From assembly GCA_965242735.1 (NCBI GenBank), contig OZ251497.1, positions 1,140,409-1,204,408 on the forward strand: a stretch of DNA of 64,000 nucleotides, read 5' to 3'. How positions within the stretch are numbered: position 1 is the first letter of the stretch; each line of letters opens with the position of its first letter. Shown one piece after another: positions 54,674-63,595 of the stretch. The position numbers and the translations under genes were made by a program. This stretch comes from Longimicrobiales bacterium (GTDB lineage Bacteria; Gemmatimonadota; Gemmatimonadetes; Longimicrobiales; Gaopeijiaceae). The notes below the pieces were generated by a model that worked only from the letters and a program-made list of their open reading frames with translations, made no database searches and had not been told where the DNA came from.

Positions 54674-57148
54674 CTACAAGTAGGCGTCGACGCGCATGTA
54701 GAACTGCCATCCGGAGTCGGTCCGCAGGCCGCCGCCCAGGTCGGCGGGGAAGCCCTTGGCCACGTCGAAGCGGACGCCGCCGGGGAGGACGACCCCCGCG
54801 CCCGCCGATCGGTACTGCGTGCCCGACGCCGAGAGCCAATCGCCGAACAGAGACATGCGGCCCAGCCAGACTCGGCGCTGGACGTCCGCCCGACCTCGCC
54901 ACACGACGGCGGCGTGGCGACGGGCCACCACGTGGCCGCGCAGAACGTCTCCGGAGCGGTCCAGGAGCCATGGATCGACCCGGCGTCCGCCGCCCCACGT
55001 GCGCGCGCCGCCGCCCTCGAGTCCCAAGGACCATCCGCCGCCGCGTCCCACCACCAATGCGACGGCGCCCGCCGCGCGGACCGTCCGCTCGTCGCCCAAG
55101 GCTCCTTGCAGCGAGACCTCCCCGCCGCCTTGGAGACCCCGCTGCTTCGCGCCTCCCCACCAAGGCGCCCAGGTCGCCTCCGCCCCGGCCCTGCCTTTGC
55201 GCATGTCGGGACCGAGTTCGGAGTGTCGTTCGGCGAACAGTCGCAAGGCCAACGACTCGCGGTTCCTGCGGGCGGACGACAGCCGGAGCGTGATGCCGTC
55301 CACCGCATTCCACTCGCGTTCGGGTTCGGCGCCGGCTGCCGAGTCCTCCGCAACGAGCCCGACGGGGCGCTGATCGCGGAACACGGACACGCGCAGCTTC
55401 CAGTCCGGAAACTCGCGCTCGACGGCCAGCGCCCCCTGCGGCTCGCGCAGCACGGTCCCCATTCGCACCGACGCGACGGCGCGGCCTGCGCGAAAGCGCC
55501 GCCAAAGGCGCGTGCCGACCGTGAACCCTTCTTGGCGGTTGTACCCGAGCAGCCGGAGCGTCAGGAGCGGGGGCTCGAAGAGCCAACGGCCGGACTCGCT
55601 CGCAACGCCGACGTCGGCGTCCGTCTCCAAAGCGGCCAGCTCGGAGGCCATTCTTCCGGCCTCGCCGCCGCCCGCCAGCGACACGTCGTCCCAGATGCCG
55701 TCGCCGAAGGGCTCCGCGGAGGCCGCGGTCGAATCCGGAGGCCAAACGATCCATTTCTGCGACGGATCGGCGCGCCCGGCCTCGTCGACTTGGTCTCCGG
55801 GCCGCGTCCAGCGCCGGGCCACTTGGGCAGCCGTTTCCGCGCCGCTCCCCGCCTCGCGAATCTCCTCGATCTCGAAGACGACTTGGCTCGACACCCGGCC
55901 GGAAAACGAGAAGTCCTGGAGGTCCTCGTTCGCGACCAACTCGTCCACGGGCGAGGCGAACCCCAGCCACGTGATGGAGCGCGGCAGCCAGTGCCGAGAA
56001 TCCCACAGCGCGTAGTCGGCCACCACCGACGCGACGCCGATCTCCATCTTGGGCAGGGCGGAGCTGAAGGCCGCGTTGACCAGCCTTCGCCAGACGCTCG
56101 GCCCGTCTCCGGCCGAATCGGACGCCGCGGCCGCCCGCGCTTCCTCGTCGCCGGGGGCCGTGCTGCCCAAGTCCACGAAGACTCCGGGGCCCCGTCCTCC
56201 TTCGCAGGCCAGGCACCACACCAGCTCCTCGTCGATCCGCTTCGCGGGGCGAAACGCGATCCGCACGAGGCCGAAGGACTCGGCGTCGATCCACATGACG
56301 GCGGCGAGAACCCCGACTTCGCGAGTTCTCGGCAAGGCGGCGACCGACACGGCCCGCACGGCCTCTCCACCGGGCAAGACGACCGACACCGTGTCGCCGG
56401 ACCGGTAGCGATACAGGCGCTCGGCGCCGGGGTCGAGGGGCGATGCGAACTGCTTCTTGCGAGGATCGCCGTGCCGTGGGTCGTAGGCGTCCGGCAACAT
56501 GGCCACGGCGTAGTCGAGCGGATTTCGCCAAGGATCGAGACCGCGGTTCTCGGCATTCAGGATGCCGTTCTCGCAGCCGTGCTGTCCTGCGAGAGCAGAA
56601 TGCAGCGCCCAATGCTTGTCCAAGCGCACGACGCGGGCGTCGTCGCGCGACCACCTGTAGCGAAGTGACTGGCGGCACTCCTGCAGCATGTGGGTCGAGC
56701 GGCGCCCGACCAACTGCCATTGCTGTCTCTCGTGCACGCGAGCGGTGTAGGACGCGAGCGCGAGCCGAGCGGAGTCCTGGGCCGCGCGCGCGCCTTCGAC
56801 GAGCGTCTGGGCCGCCGGGTCCAGGAAGGCGCTGGGCAAGTCGTCCGGCCCGGTTTGCTCGGGCGGCTGGGCTTGCGCGGCGCCGGCGGTTCCGAGGGAG
56901 GCCAAGCCGAGCAGGGCCAGTGCCGCTCCGGCCAGCCGCCCGAGTCGTTGAGGGTGCCCAGACCGAGCCAGCCCCAAGCCGTGCGGGTCGCCCAGCCCGG
57001 GCCAGCTGCCCAAGCTGCGCGGTCGTCCGCTCCGAGCCAGTTGCCCAAGCCGAGCCGGCCGCCCAAGTCGGGCCAGCTCGCCCTCGTCGCGCCAAGCCGG
57101 GCCAGTTGCCGAAGAACGGCCCCTTGTTCTTGTCGGACGAGTCGCCAT
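54674..57148 (-). CDS. large outer-membrane/secreted protein of unknown function (possible Omp85-like beta-barrel C-terminus)
   Basis: The 849-aa ORF has a signal-like ..GRLAGAALALLGLASLGTAGAAQAQ. The C-terminus ..GVVLPGGVRFDVAKGF......GWQFYMRVDAYL is barrel-like. Start is ATG 57148 or GTG 57223, and both lie upstream of an Arg/Leu/Gly hexapeptide-repeat leader. Confidence 0.6.
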   Translation of the reverse strand: MATRPTRTRGRSSATGPAWRDEGELARLGRPARLGQLARSGRPRSLGSWPGLGDPHGLGLARSGHPQRLGRLAGAALALLGLASLGTAGAAQAQPPEQTGPDDLPSAFLDPAAQTLVEGARAAQDSARLALASYTARVHERQQWQLVGRRSTHMLQECRQSLRYRWSRDDARVVRLDKHWALHSALAGQHGCENGILNAENRGLDPWRNPLDYAVAMLPDAYDPRHGDPRKKQFASPLDPGAERLYRYRSGDTVSVVLPGGEAVRAVSVAALPRTREVGVLAAVMWIDAESFGLVRIAFRPAKRIDEELVWCLACEGGRGPGVFVDLGSTAPGDEEARAAAASDSAGDGPSVWRRLVNAAFSSALPKMEIGVASVVADYALWDSRHWLPRSITWLGFASPVDELVANEDLQDFSFSGRVSSQVVFEIEEIREAGSGAETAAQVARRWTRPGDQVDEAGRADPSQKWIVWPPDSTAASAEPFGDGIWDDVSLAGGGEAGRMASELAALETDADVGVASESGRWLFEPPLLTLRLLGYNRQEGFTVGTRLWRRFRAGRAVASVRMGTVLREPQGALAVEREFPDWKLRVSVFRDQRPVGLVAEDSAAGAEPEREWNAVDGITLRLSSARRNRESLALRLFAERHSELGPDMRKGRAGAEATWAPWWGGAKQRGLQGGGEVSLQGALGDERTVRAAGAVALVVGRGGGWSLGLEGGGARTWGGGRRVDPWLLDRSGDVLRGHVVARRHAAVVWRGRADVQRRVWLGRMSLFGDWLSASGTQYRSAGAGVVLPGGVRFDVAKGFPADLGGGLRTDSGWQFYMRVDAYL
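56950..57115. repeat. about 18-nt-period degenerate array encoding (x-x-x-x-L-G)n just 5' of the signal-peptide coding region
   Basis: The translated leader is ..ELARLGRPARLGQLARSGRPRSLGSWPGLGDPHGLGLARSGHPQRLGRLAG.., with Gly at every 6th residue for six turns. In the DNA, GCC(C)AAG cores recur at 17-36-nt spacing. Confidence 0.7.
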
Positions 57149-57246
57149 GCGGCAATTTCGACGGAACGCGAACGGCGCCGCAACCGAGCGGACGCCCTTC
57201 CCGCGCCGCGCCCTTGTGCCCACGCGTCCTCCACCGGAGAGCCCTC

Positions 57247-58224
57247 GTGAACCCAGACGCTTCGCCGAACCGTTCCGCGCCCGGTCCCATCGCGATCACG
57301 GGCGCCAACAGGGGACTCGGGCTGGCCGCGGCCCGTTGGGTGGCCGAGCGCGGGCACGCCGTGGCTCTGCTCTGCCGAAGCGAGGAGCGGGGCAGGGCGG
57401 CGGCGGCCTCGTTGCCCCGTCCGGCCGGGCCGAGCGCGCACTGCGTGGTCGAAATCGACTTGGCTTCGCTGGCGTCCGTGCGACGGGCGGCCGAGCGCGT
57501 GACGGCCTTGGGGACCTTGGGTGGACTGGTCAACAACGCGGCCGTCATCCCGCAGGACCGCGCGGAGAGTCGCGACGGCTTCGAACTCCAGCTCGCGGTC
57601 ACGCACCTGGGCCACTTCCTGCTGACGGCGCTGCTGACGGACTCACTCCGCCGGGGCGTGACCGAGCGGGCCGGTCCGGGCGGGCGCGTGCGCGTCGCCA
57701 CGGTCTCTTCCGGCGCGCACCACGGCCCCGCGTTCGACTTCGACGACATCGATTTCCGGCGCCGGTCCTATCGCCCCTTGGTCTCCTACCAGCAGAGCAA
57801 GCTGGCCAACGTCCTGTTCACGCTGGCCTTGGCGCGGCGCGTGGCGGGCACCGGACTGGAAGCGGTCGCGCTCAGCCCGGGCGTCTGGGACACGGCGCTC
57901 TTCCACGACTACGCCAAGGGCGCGTCCTTTGGCGGCCTGCCCCACGCGTCTCCGATCGACGAGCGGGCGGGCCGCATCGTGGGCAGCTTGGTGGCGGGCC
58001 GCGCGGACGAGGACCTGAACGGGGCGTACATGAGCGAGCTGGAGCGCGCGTCGCCGTCGGAGGCCGCCTTGGGCGAGGAAGCCCAGGAGCGGCTGTGGGC
58101 GTGGAGCGAGCGGGCCGCCGGGCTTTCTTCGAACGCGGGGCCAGCGGCCGAGCGTGCAGGACTGGCCGGGCTTCAGGGCGACGGCGCCGGCCCGCGCGCC
58201 GCACCGCCCGGAGGGAACGTCTGA
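57247..58224 (+). CDS. SDR-family oxidoreductase (retinol-dehydrogenase-like)
   Basis: GTG 57247. The motifs are ..ITGANRGLGLA.. (TGxxxGxG), ..LVNNAAV.. and ..SSGAH....Y..SKLAN.. (YxxxK). Confidence 0.8.
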   Translation: MNPDASPNRSAPGPIAITGANRGLGLAAARWVAERGHAVALLCRSEERGRAAAASLPRPAGPSAHCVVEIDLASLASVRRAAERVTALGTLGGLVNNAAVIPQDRAESRDGFELQLAVTHLGHFLLTALLTDSLRRGVTERAGPGGRVRVATVSSGAHHGPAFDFDDIDFRRRSYRPLVSYQQSKLANVLFTLALARRVAGTGLEAVALSPGVWDTALFHDYAKGASFGGLPHASPIDERAGRIVGSLVAGRADEDLNGAYMSELERASPSEAALGEEAQERLWAWSERAAGLSSNAGPAAERAGLAGLQGDGAGPRAAPPGGNV

Positions 58225-58227
58225 GCC

Positions 58228-59562
58228 ATGCCGGACCGCATGGACCGCATCGTCTCGCTGTGCAAGCGGCGCGGCTTCGTCTTCCAGTCCTCCGAGATCT
58301 ACGGCGGGGCGGCGTCGGTTTGGGACTACGGCCCGCTGGGCGTCGAGCTGCGCCGAAACGTCGCCGACGCCTGGTGGTCCGCCATGGTGCACGCCCGCGA
58401 CGACGTGGAGGGACTGGACGCGGGCATCCTCATGCACCCGCGCGTCTGGGAAGCGTCCGGACACGTGGGCGGCTTTGCCGATCCGCTGGTCGAGTGCAAG
58501 GTCTGCAAGCGCCGCTGGCGGGCGGACCACTTGGCCGGGAGCGCCTGTCCCCGCAAGCCGTCGCGGGCGCCCGGAGAGCACGGCGACTGCGAGATCGACG
58601 AGCCTCGCCTCTTCAACCTCATGTTCAAGACGTTCATGGGACCCGTCGAGGAGGACGCGTCCGTGGTCTACCTGCGGCCCGAAACCGCCCAGGGCAGCTA
58701 CGTCAACTTCCTCAACGTGCAGCAGACGTCCCGGCAGCGCGTGCCCTTCGGGATCGCCCAGCTGGGCAAGGCGTTCCGCAACGAGATCACGCCGGGCAAC
58801 TTCATCTTCCGCACCCGCGAGTTCGAACAGGCCGAGATGCAGTACTTCGTCGAGCCCGGAGCGGACGACGAGTGGTTCGCGTATTGGCGCGACCAGCGGC
58901 TGGCTTGGCACTGCGACATGGGCGTCCGCCGCGAGAAGCTCCGCCTGGCCGAGCACGGGCCGGACCAGCTGGCCCACTATGCCAAGGCCGCCTTGGACAT
59001 CGAATACGAATTCCCCTTCGGCTGGCAGGAGCTCGAAGGCGTCCACAACCGCACCGACTTCGACCTCTCGCGCCACCAGGACTTCTCCGGCAAGCGGCTG
59101 CTCTACGTCGATCCGGGATCGGGCAAGCGCTTCCTGCCCTACGTCGTGGAGACGGCGATGGGCGTGGGCCGCGCCGTGCTCGTGCTGCTGGTGGACGCCT
59201 ACCGCGAAGAGGAGGTCGCCGGCGAGCCGCGCGTCGTCCTGGGCCTGCATCCCCGCGTGGCGCCCGTCAAGGCCGCCGTCTTCCCGCTGGTCAAGAAGCA
59301 CGGCATGCCCGAGACCGCCGCCGCCCTCCACGAGACCCTCCGCCGCGAGCGCATCCCCTCCTTCCACGACGTGGCCGGCTCCATCGGCCGTCGCTACCGC
59401 CGCCAGGACGAAGCGGGCACGCCCTGGTGCGTCACCGTGGACGGCGACACCGCGGAAGACCGCAGCGTCACCATCCGAGACCGCGACACCCTGGCCCAGG
59501 AACGCGTGGGGCTGGACCACGTGGTGGGGTGGATTCGAGAGCGGCTGCACGGGCTCGGATAG
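58228..59562 (+). CDS. glyQS: glycine--tRNA ligase (dimeric class II, GlyQS type)
   Basis: It begins MPDRMDRIVSLCKRRGFVFQSSEIYGG....WDYGPLG.ELRRN.. and has ..FRNEITPGNFIFRTREFEQAEMQYF.. and an anticodon-binding C-domain. Confidence 0.9.
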   Translation: MPDRMDRIVSLCKRRGFVFQSSEIYGGAASVWDYGPLGVELRRNVADAWWSAMVHARDDVEGLDAGILMHPRVWEASGHVGGFADPLVECKVCKRRWRADHLAGSACPRKPSRAPGEHGDCEIDEPRLFNLMFKTFMGPVEEDASVVYLRPETAQGSYVNFLNVQQTSRQRVPFGIAQLGKAFRNEITPGNFIFRTREFEQAEMQYFVEPGADDEWFAYWRDQRLAWHCDMGVRREKLRLAEHGPDQLAHYAKAALDIEYEFPFGWQELEGVHNRTDFDLSRHQDFSGKRLLYVDPGSGKRFLPYVVETAMGVGRAVLVLLVDAYREEEVAGEPRVVLGLHPRVAPVKAAVFPLVKKHGMPETAAALHETLRRERIPSFHDVAGSIGRRYRRQDEAGTPWCVTVDGDTAEDRSVTIRDRDTLAQERVGLDHVVGWIRERLHGLG

Positions 59563-60019
59563 ACGGGCTGACCGCCGGAGTGGTCGGCGGGCCATGGGCG
59601 GAGAAGGCCGCAAGCAGATTCGTCGAGAAAGCGTGGCGCCAGGCAATGTCGGCGCGGTCGCGCCCGGAAAGGGACGGGGGCCGAGAACGTCGATGGACAC
59701 GGGGACGATGCGCCCGTGGTCTGTTGCGAGGTGGTCCCTCCCTGGACCCCGGGTGTCGCCCGAATTCGGGGCGAACGGGCCAGTTCTGCTGTCTCGGCTG
59801 GGTCTCATCCCCCCAAGACCTTGGCCAGGGCTTCTGCCTGGTGCAAGGACGTCTGCCGGCGGTGGTGGCCATGCCGTGCGGACCGGTAGATTCATGCCCT
59901 TCGTCTCGCGGACTCCAACCTGGCAGAACAATCGGCTTGTTGGCCTGGTGGCCCCCGACACCGCCAACGATGCCCACAAGATGAACGCCCTGACTAGGAA
60001 TCTTGACATCGATAGCTAG

Positions 60020-61180
60020 ATGCGCGACCATTCCCGTCCCTACCCGTCCGCCCCACAACGATCCAGTACAGCCATGGTGTCCAGTCCGTCCCGCCCGGTC
60101 AGCCAAGTCCCGCTCTCGCAGCTCCGCCTTGATCGCGAGAATCCTCGCCTGCTTGGGCAAGCTAAAAAAGACTCCGAAGAGGCCATGATAGCCCGGTTGT
60201 ATCGTACCGCCGAGCTGGACGAGCTTCTCCAGTCCATTTCCACCAATGGCTACCTTGACATTGAACCATTGGTCGTGACAGACGCGGACGATGGCACCTT
60301 GATCGTTTTGGAGGGAAACAGGAGGCTTGCCACGCTGCGTCTGCTCTCCGACCCGACGCTTGCCGATCGCATTCGTCGTCAGGAACATGTCGAGATTCAG
60401 GTGCCCCCTGCGGATGCAGTAGTATCTGCGACTTTCAGGTTTTTGTCCGTGTATAAAGTCGCTAGCCGAAGCGAGGCTCGCACGTTCATCGGGTTCAAGC
60501 ACATTAACGGCCCGGCAAAGTGGAACGCGTACGCCAAGGCCAAGTTTGCATCTGATTGGCACAAGTCGGGAATCGGGCTTAGACAGATAGCTCGCGCGAT
60601 CGGAGATAGACACGACACGATAAAGCGTATGGTCTTTGCAATATATGTGTTGGAGCAAATCGAGTTCGAAATCAAAGATGTCGCCGCACCCAAGTTCAAT
60701 TTTTCCCATTTGTATACCGCCTTGGCGCGATCTCAGTACATGAGTTTCCTCGACATCAAAACTTCGTGGGCAAAGTATGATCCGGAGCCCAATCCGGTGC
60801 CAGCAGATCACTTAGCACAATTACGTGACGTTCTGACATGGATATATGGTTCTCGTCGCGACGGTGTTCAGCCCGTCATACGTGTGCAGAATCCCGACAT
60901 CAAGCGACTTGGTGAAGTTCTAGCTAGCGGCGAGGCTGTACACATTTTGCGCATTCAGGCCGATCTCGACTTGGCGCATGCCGCTACTGAGTCCGTGGAC
61001 ACTCGATTCACCGCTTCGCTTTTCCGAGCTCGTCACCACATTCGCGATGCGGCCAGTACACTCCGAGCCTACGATGGACGAGACGAATCGCTCGTAAATG
61101 TCGCGGAAGATATTATCGAAACAGCCAATAGCGTTCATCTTAGCATGCTCCGGAAGTGTCGGAAATCGGCATTGACATGA
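60020..61180 (+). CDS. ParB/Srx-fold N-terminal domain protein with central HTH-like segment (not a canonical partition ParB context)
   Basis: It has ..VPLSQLRLDRENPR.. and ..LIVLEGNRRLATLRLL.. (the GxRRxxA ParB-box position), then ..GLRQIARAIGDRHDTIKRMV... This is a long ORF in about 45% GC DNA. ATG 60074 is an alternative start. Confidence 0.75.
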   Translation: MRDHSRPYPSAPQRSSTAMVSSPSRPVSQVPLSQLRLDRENPRLLGQAKKDSEEAMIARLYRTAELDELLQSISTNGYLDIEPLVVTDADDGTLIVLEGNRRLATLRLLSDPTLADRIRRQEHVEIQVPPADAVVSATFRFLSVYKVASRSEARTFIGFKHINGPAKWNAYAKAKFASDWHKSGIGLRQIARAIGDRHDTIKRMVFAIYVLEQIEFEIKDVAAPKFNFSHLYTALARSQYMSFLDIKTSWAKYDPEPNPVPADHLAQLRDVLTWIYGSRRDGVQPVIRVQNPDIKRLGEVLASGEAVHILRIQADLDLAHAATESVDTRFTASLFRARHHIRDAASTLRAYDGRDESLVNVAEDIIETANSVHLSMLRKCRKSALT

Positions 61181-62238
61181 TACCGCTATACTTTCCTATC
61201 GACGAAGTCGTAGGCACGACGGTCAATTTTGACTTGGCAGCTGATTTCTTGGAACTAGCAGCCTTCTCGTCGACTACCTCAAGCGCAGCGACCTCCGTAG
61301 TCGCCAACGAGGCTTCCATTGGAGCATTTGATGATCACAGTAGTGTATCGGAAGAGATGGAGGGTGACGGCGAAAACCCCAACGTAGAGGATTTGATGCT
61401 TGGCACGGTGCACTGCCTTGTTCAACGCCGAGATCTGCTGAATGATCTGTACCCCTTTGATTTGGGTCCACAAGGCGACATTCTCAAGTATCGTAGATTG
61501 CCATGTGCAGATGAACGCCAGTCGATCGGTAGATCGGCATATATGCTTTGCTTGTTGCTTTCGAACCTTAGGTCGGTGTCTCCGATACTAGACGGATCGG
61601 CTCTTCACCCAGATGGGCGGCAGGAACAAAAACTTAGACGATTTTTTCAGTACTTCGCGACCGCGGCGGTGGCGGCCGACATAGGAGGTGATGCTTGGTC
61701 GTTTGGGTTCCCACGGCCAGATGGTTCAGGCTTTATTGATAAATTGACGGAGATTTGGACTAAGATAGGCGATGGCACAGTGCAACCGCAGCCAGGTGCA
61801 CCGAACCAGCCGAAGGACGATCAGATTGACGTCTTTGCGGCTCGGAGCCAGAAAGATGGCCTTCCAGGATTTCTTATCGTCGCTGCTCAGGTGGCCACCG
61901 GTCAGAGCTATCGGAAAAAATCGATCAAGGGTCATGTTGACGCGTTTCGGAAGCGTTGGTATTCGCATCAGCCCGTGACGGATTTTGTTGCATATATGGT
62001 TGTCCCTTTCGTGATTGACAAGGAGACGTTTATCGATACGGTCCGATTGGCCGGAAATTTGCTCCATCGAACGAGAGTGACCGTGAGGGCTGCTGAAGCG
62101 GCGAAACTTCGGCCTCATAGAAACATTGAGGGGTACGAATCTATGATTGAAGCTGCTCGATGGATTGCACGTTATCGAGATACGGTCATGGCGACAGATG
62201 GGCGACATGGCGGACGGGCGGCAGCAGATACGTCCTGA
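61177..62238 (+). CDS. hypothetical protein; C-half shows a degenerate Mrr/PD-(D/E)xK-like pattern
   Basis: ATG 61177 overlaps the upstream stop (ATGA), and GTG 61156 is an alternative. The 353-aa ORF lies in low-GC DNA. It contains ..KDDQIDVFAARSQKDGLPGFLIVAAQVATGQSYRKK.... No family recognised. Confidence 0.7.
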   Translation: MIPLYFPIDEVVGTTVNFDLAADFLELAAFSSTTSSAATSVVANEASIGAFDDHSSVSEEMEGDGENPNVEDLMLGTVHCLVQRRDLLNDLYPFDLGPQGDILKYRRLPCADERQSIGRSAYMLCLLLSNLRSVSPILDGSALHPDGRQEQKLRRFFQYFATAAVAADIGGDAWSFGFPRPDGSGFIDKLTEIWTKIGDGTVQPQPGAPNQPKDDQIDVFAARSQKDGLPGFLIVAAQVATGQSYRKKSIKGHVDAFRKRWYSHQPVTDFVAYMVVPFVIDKETFIDTVRLAGNLLHRTRVTVRAAEAAKLRPHRNIEGYESMIEAARWIARYRDTVMATDGRHGGRAAADTS

Positions 62239-62378
62239 TGTTTGGGTGAAGGCTCAACGGGGAGACGGATGGCAGCGGCGAGCGATTGCGCAAGTGGGCT
62301 CGGCGACGCATTGGGGCGGAGCATCGGCAACGCTGTTCTAGTGTTTAGTGCCAGCCAGCGATCCAGACGCGAGTGTCG

Positions 62379-63266
62379 ATGAAGTCGGCTGCGAGTTCTG
62401 GAACGGCATCGGCAGAACCGAGATGGATTAGTCCGCTTCGGTATCCGGGAGGGAAGGCAAGTTTGGTGGAGTTGTTGGGGAAAACGATACAAGCTAATGG
62501 GGTGTTCCAGAGGCCATATTATGAACCGTTCGTCGGCGGCGGAGGCGCGGCATTGGGCCTTCTTCAGAAAGGCGCGGTGTCTGCCGTGCATTTGAACGAT
62601 TACGATCCGTGTGTTTACGCTTTTTGGAAGGCGATTCTCGAGCAGTCGGCGCGGTTTGAGAAAGCGATTGGAGAAGTGCCCTTGACAATTGAAGAATGGC
62701 AAAGACAGAAATCTGTATACAAAGATGCATCGCACAGAAAGAGAAAATCATTTGCTTTAGGATTTGCAACCTTTTTCTTGAACCGTTGTAGTCGATCTGG
62801 CATTATATTTGGCTCGGCGCCGATAGGCGGGTATAGGCAAGATGGTAGATGGAAGATCGATGCACGGTTTAATCGGATAGGTTTGATTGAACGCGTATGG
62901 TGGCTGACGAAGCATCGCGACAGGATTTCTATTTCAAATGACGATGCTTTGGATTTCTTGAGGAACGGTGTTCCGCAGGGCAATGATCGAAAAATGGTAT
63001 TCGTGTATCTTGACCCACCGTACTACACGCATGGACGACGCTTGTATTTTAATTCGTATCGAGATGACGATCATCGCAAGCTGGCACGATACATGAAACG
63101 CCAGCGTACTCTCAAATGGATTATGTCTTACGACGACAGTGACTTTATTCGAGCTCTCTATGGCGACATGATCCGAAGCCATAAGGGGATGCAGTATAGT
63201 TTGCAAAAGAGGAATTGGACACGGGAATTGCTTATCGCGCCGGTATATGTCGACTTGCCAAACTGA
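62379..63266 (+). CDS. DNA adenine methyltransferase, D12 (Dam) class
   Basis: The motifs are ..LRYPGGKASL.., ..YYEPFVGGGGAAL.. (the AdoMet motif) and ..VYLDPPYY.. (the catalytic DPPY). GTG 62373 is an alternative start. Confidence 0.9.
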   Translation: MKSAASSGTASAEPRWISPLRYPGGKASLVELLGKTIQANGVFQRPYYEPFVGGGGAALGLLQKGAVSAVHLNDYDPCVYAFWKAILEQSARFEKAIGEVPLTIEEWQRQKSVYKDASHRKRKSFALGFATFFLNRCSRSGIIFGSAPIGGYRQDGRWKIDARFNRIGLIERVWWLTKHRDRISISNDDALDFLRNGVPQGNDRKMVFVYLDPPYYTHGRRLYFNSYRDDDHRKLARYMKRQRTLKWIMSYDDSDFIRALYGDMIRSHKGMQYSLQKRNWTRELLIAPVYVDLPN

Positions 63267-63595
63267 TTTGAGGGACGAGGAGTGTGAGCAATTGGCATTT
63301 TTAACATGGCGTACGAGCTGGTCAGGAAGCGGTAGGCAGTTGGATTCGCCATCGTGCGGGGAGATGTCCAGCATATGCAGCCGGGCGTGCTCGTGGGAGA
63401 TGGAAGGGGGCTGCATCGGAGCCGCCGTGACGCCGTCCGGGAGCACAGCGGTCTGCGCGGGCGGTCGGTGGGCCGGAACGGTGCCACCATCCGTCACCAT
63501 CTCGGAGGCGACGGTCCACGCCCTCCGAAGCATGGCCGTGGACATCGACACGGTGGCAATTTGGTCTGAGGCCGCGCTTCCGCCACAGGAGCCGG

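Noticed and set aside
59572-59590. Hairpin CCGCCG-GAGTGGT-CGGCGG 10 nt after the glyQS stop as a terminator
   Set aside because: The stem is only 6 bp and there is no U-tract. This is not distinguishable from background GC-rich dyads.
59563-60019. GC-rich 457-bp gap between glyQS and the island. The plus-frame ORF 59693-60019 stops (TAG) directly before the ParB-like ATG. A minus-frame ORF starts MSRFLVRAFILWASLAVSGA.. at 60009.
   Set aside because: The two frames share third positions, so codon bias cannot choose between them. The translations are Trp/Pro/Gly/Arg-rich and match nothing. The minus ORF runs antisense into glyQS. Left uncalled, but worth re-examining as a possible fourth cassette gene or gene remnant.
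62934-63334. Continuation of the minus-strand ORF 62934-63683 antisense to the methylase 3' end (open for about 130 codons in low-GC DNA)
   Set aside because: There is no codon-bias signal in this part, and it is antisense to a gene with unambiguous Dam motifs. The openness is probably a by-product of the sense-strand codon usage.
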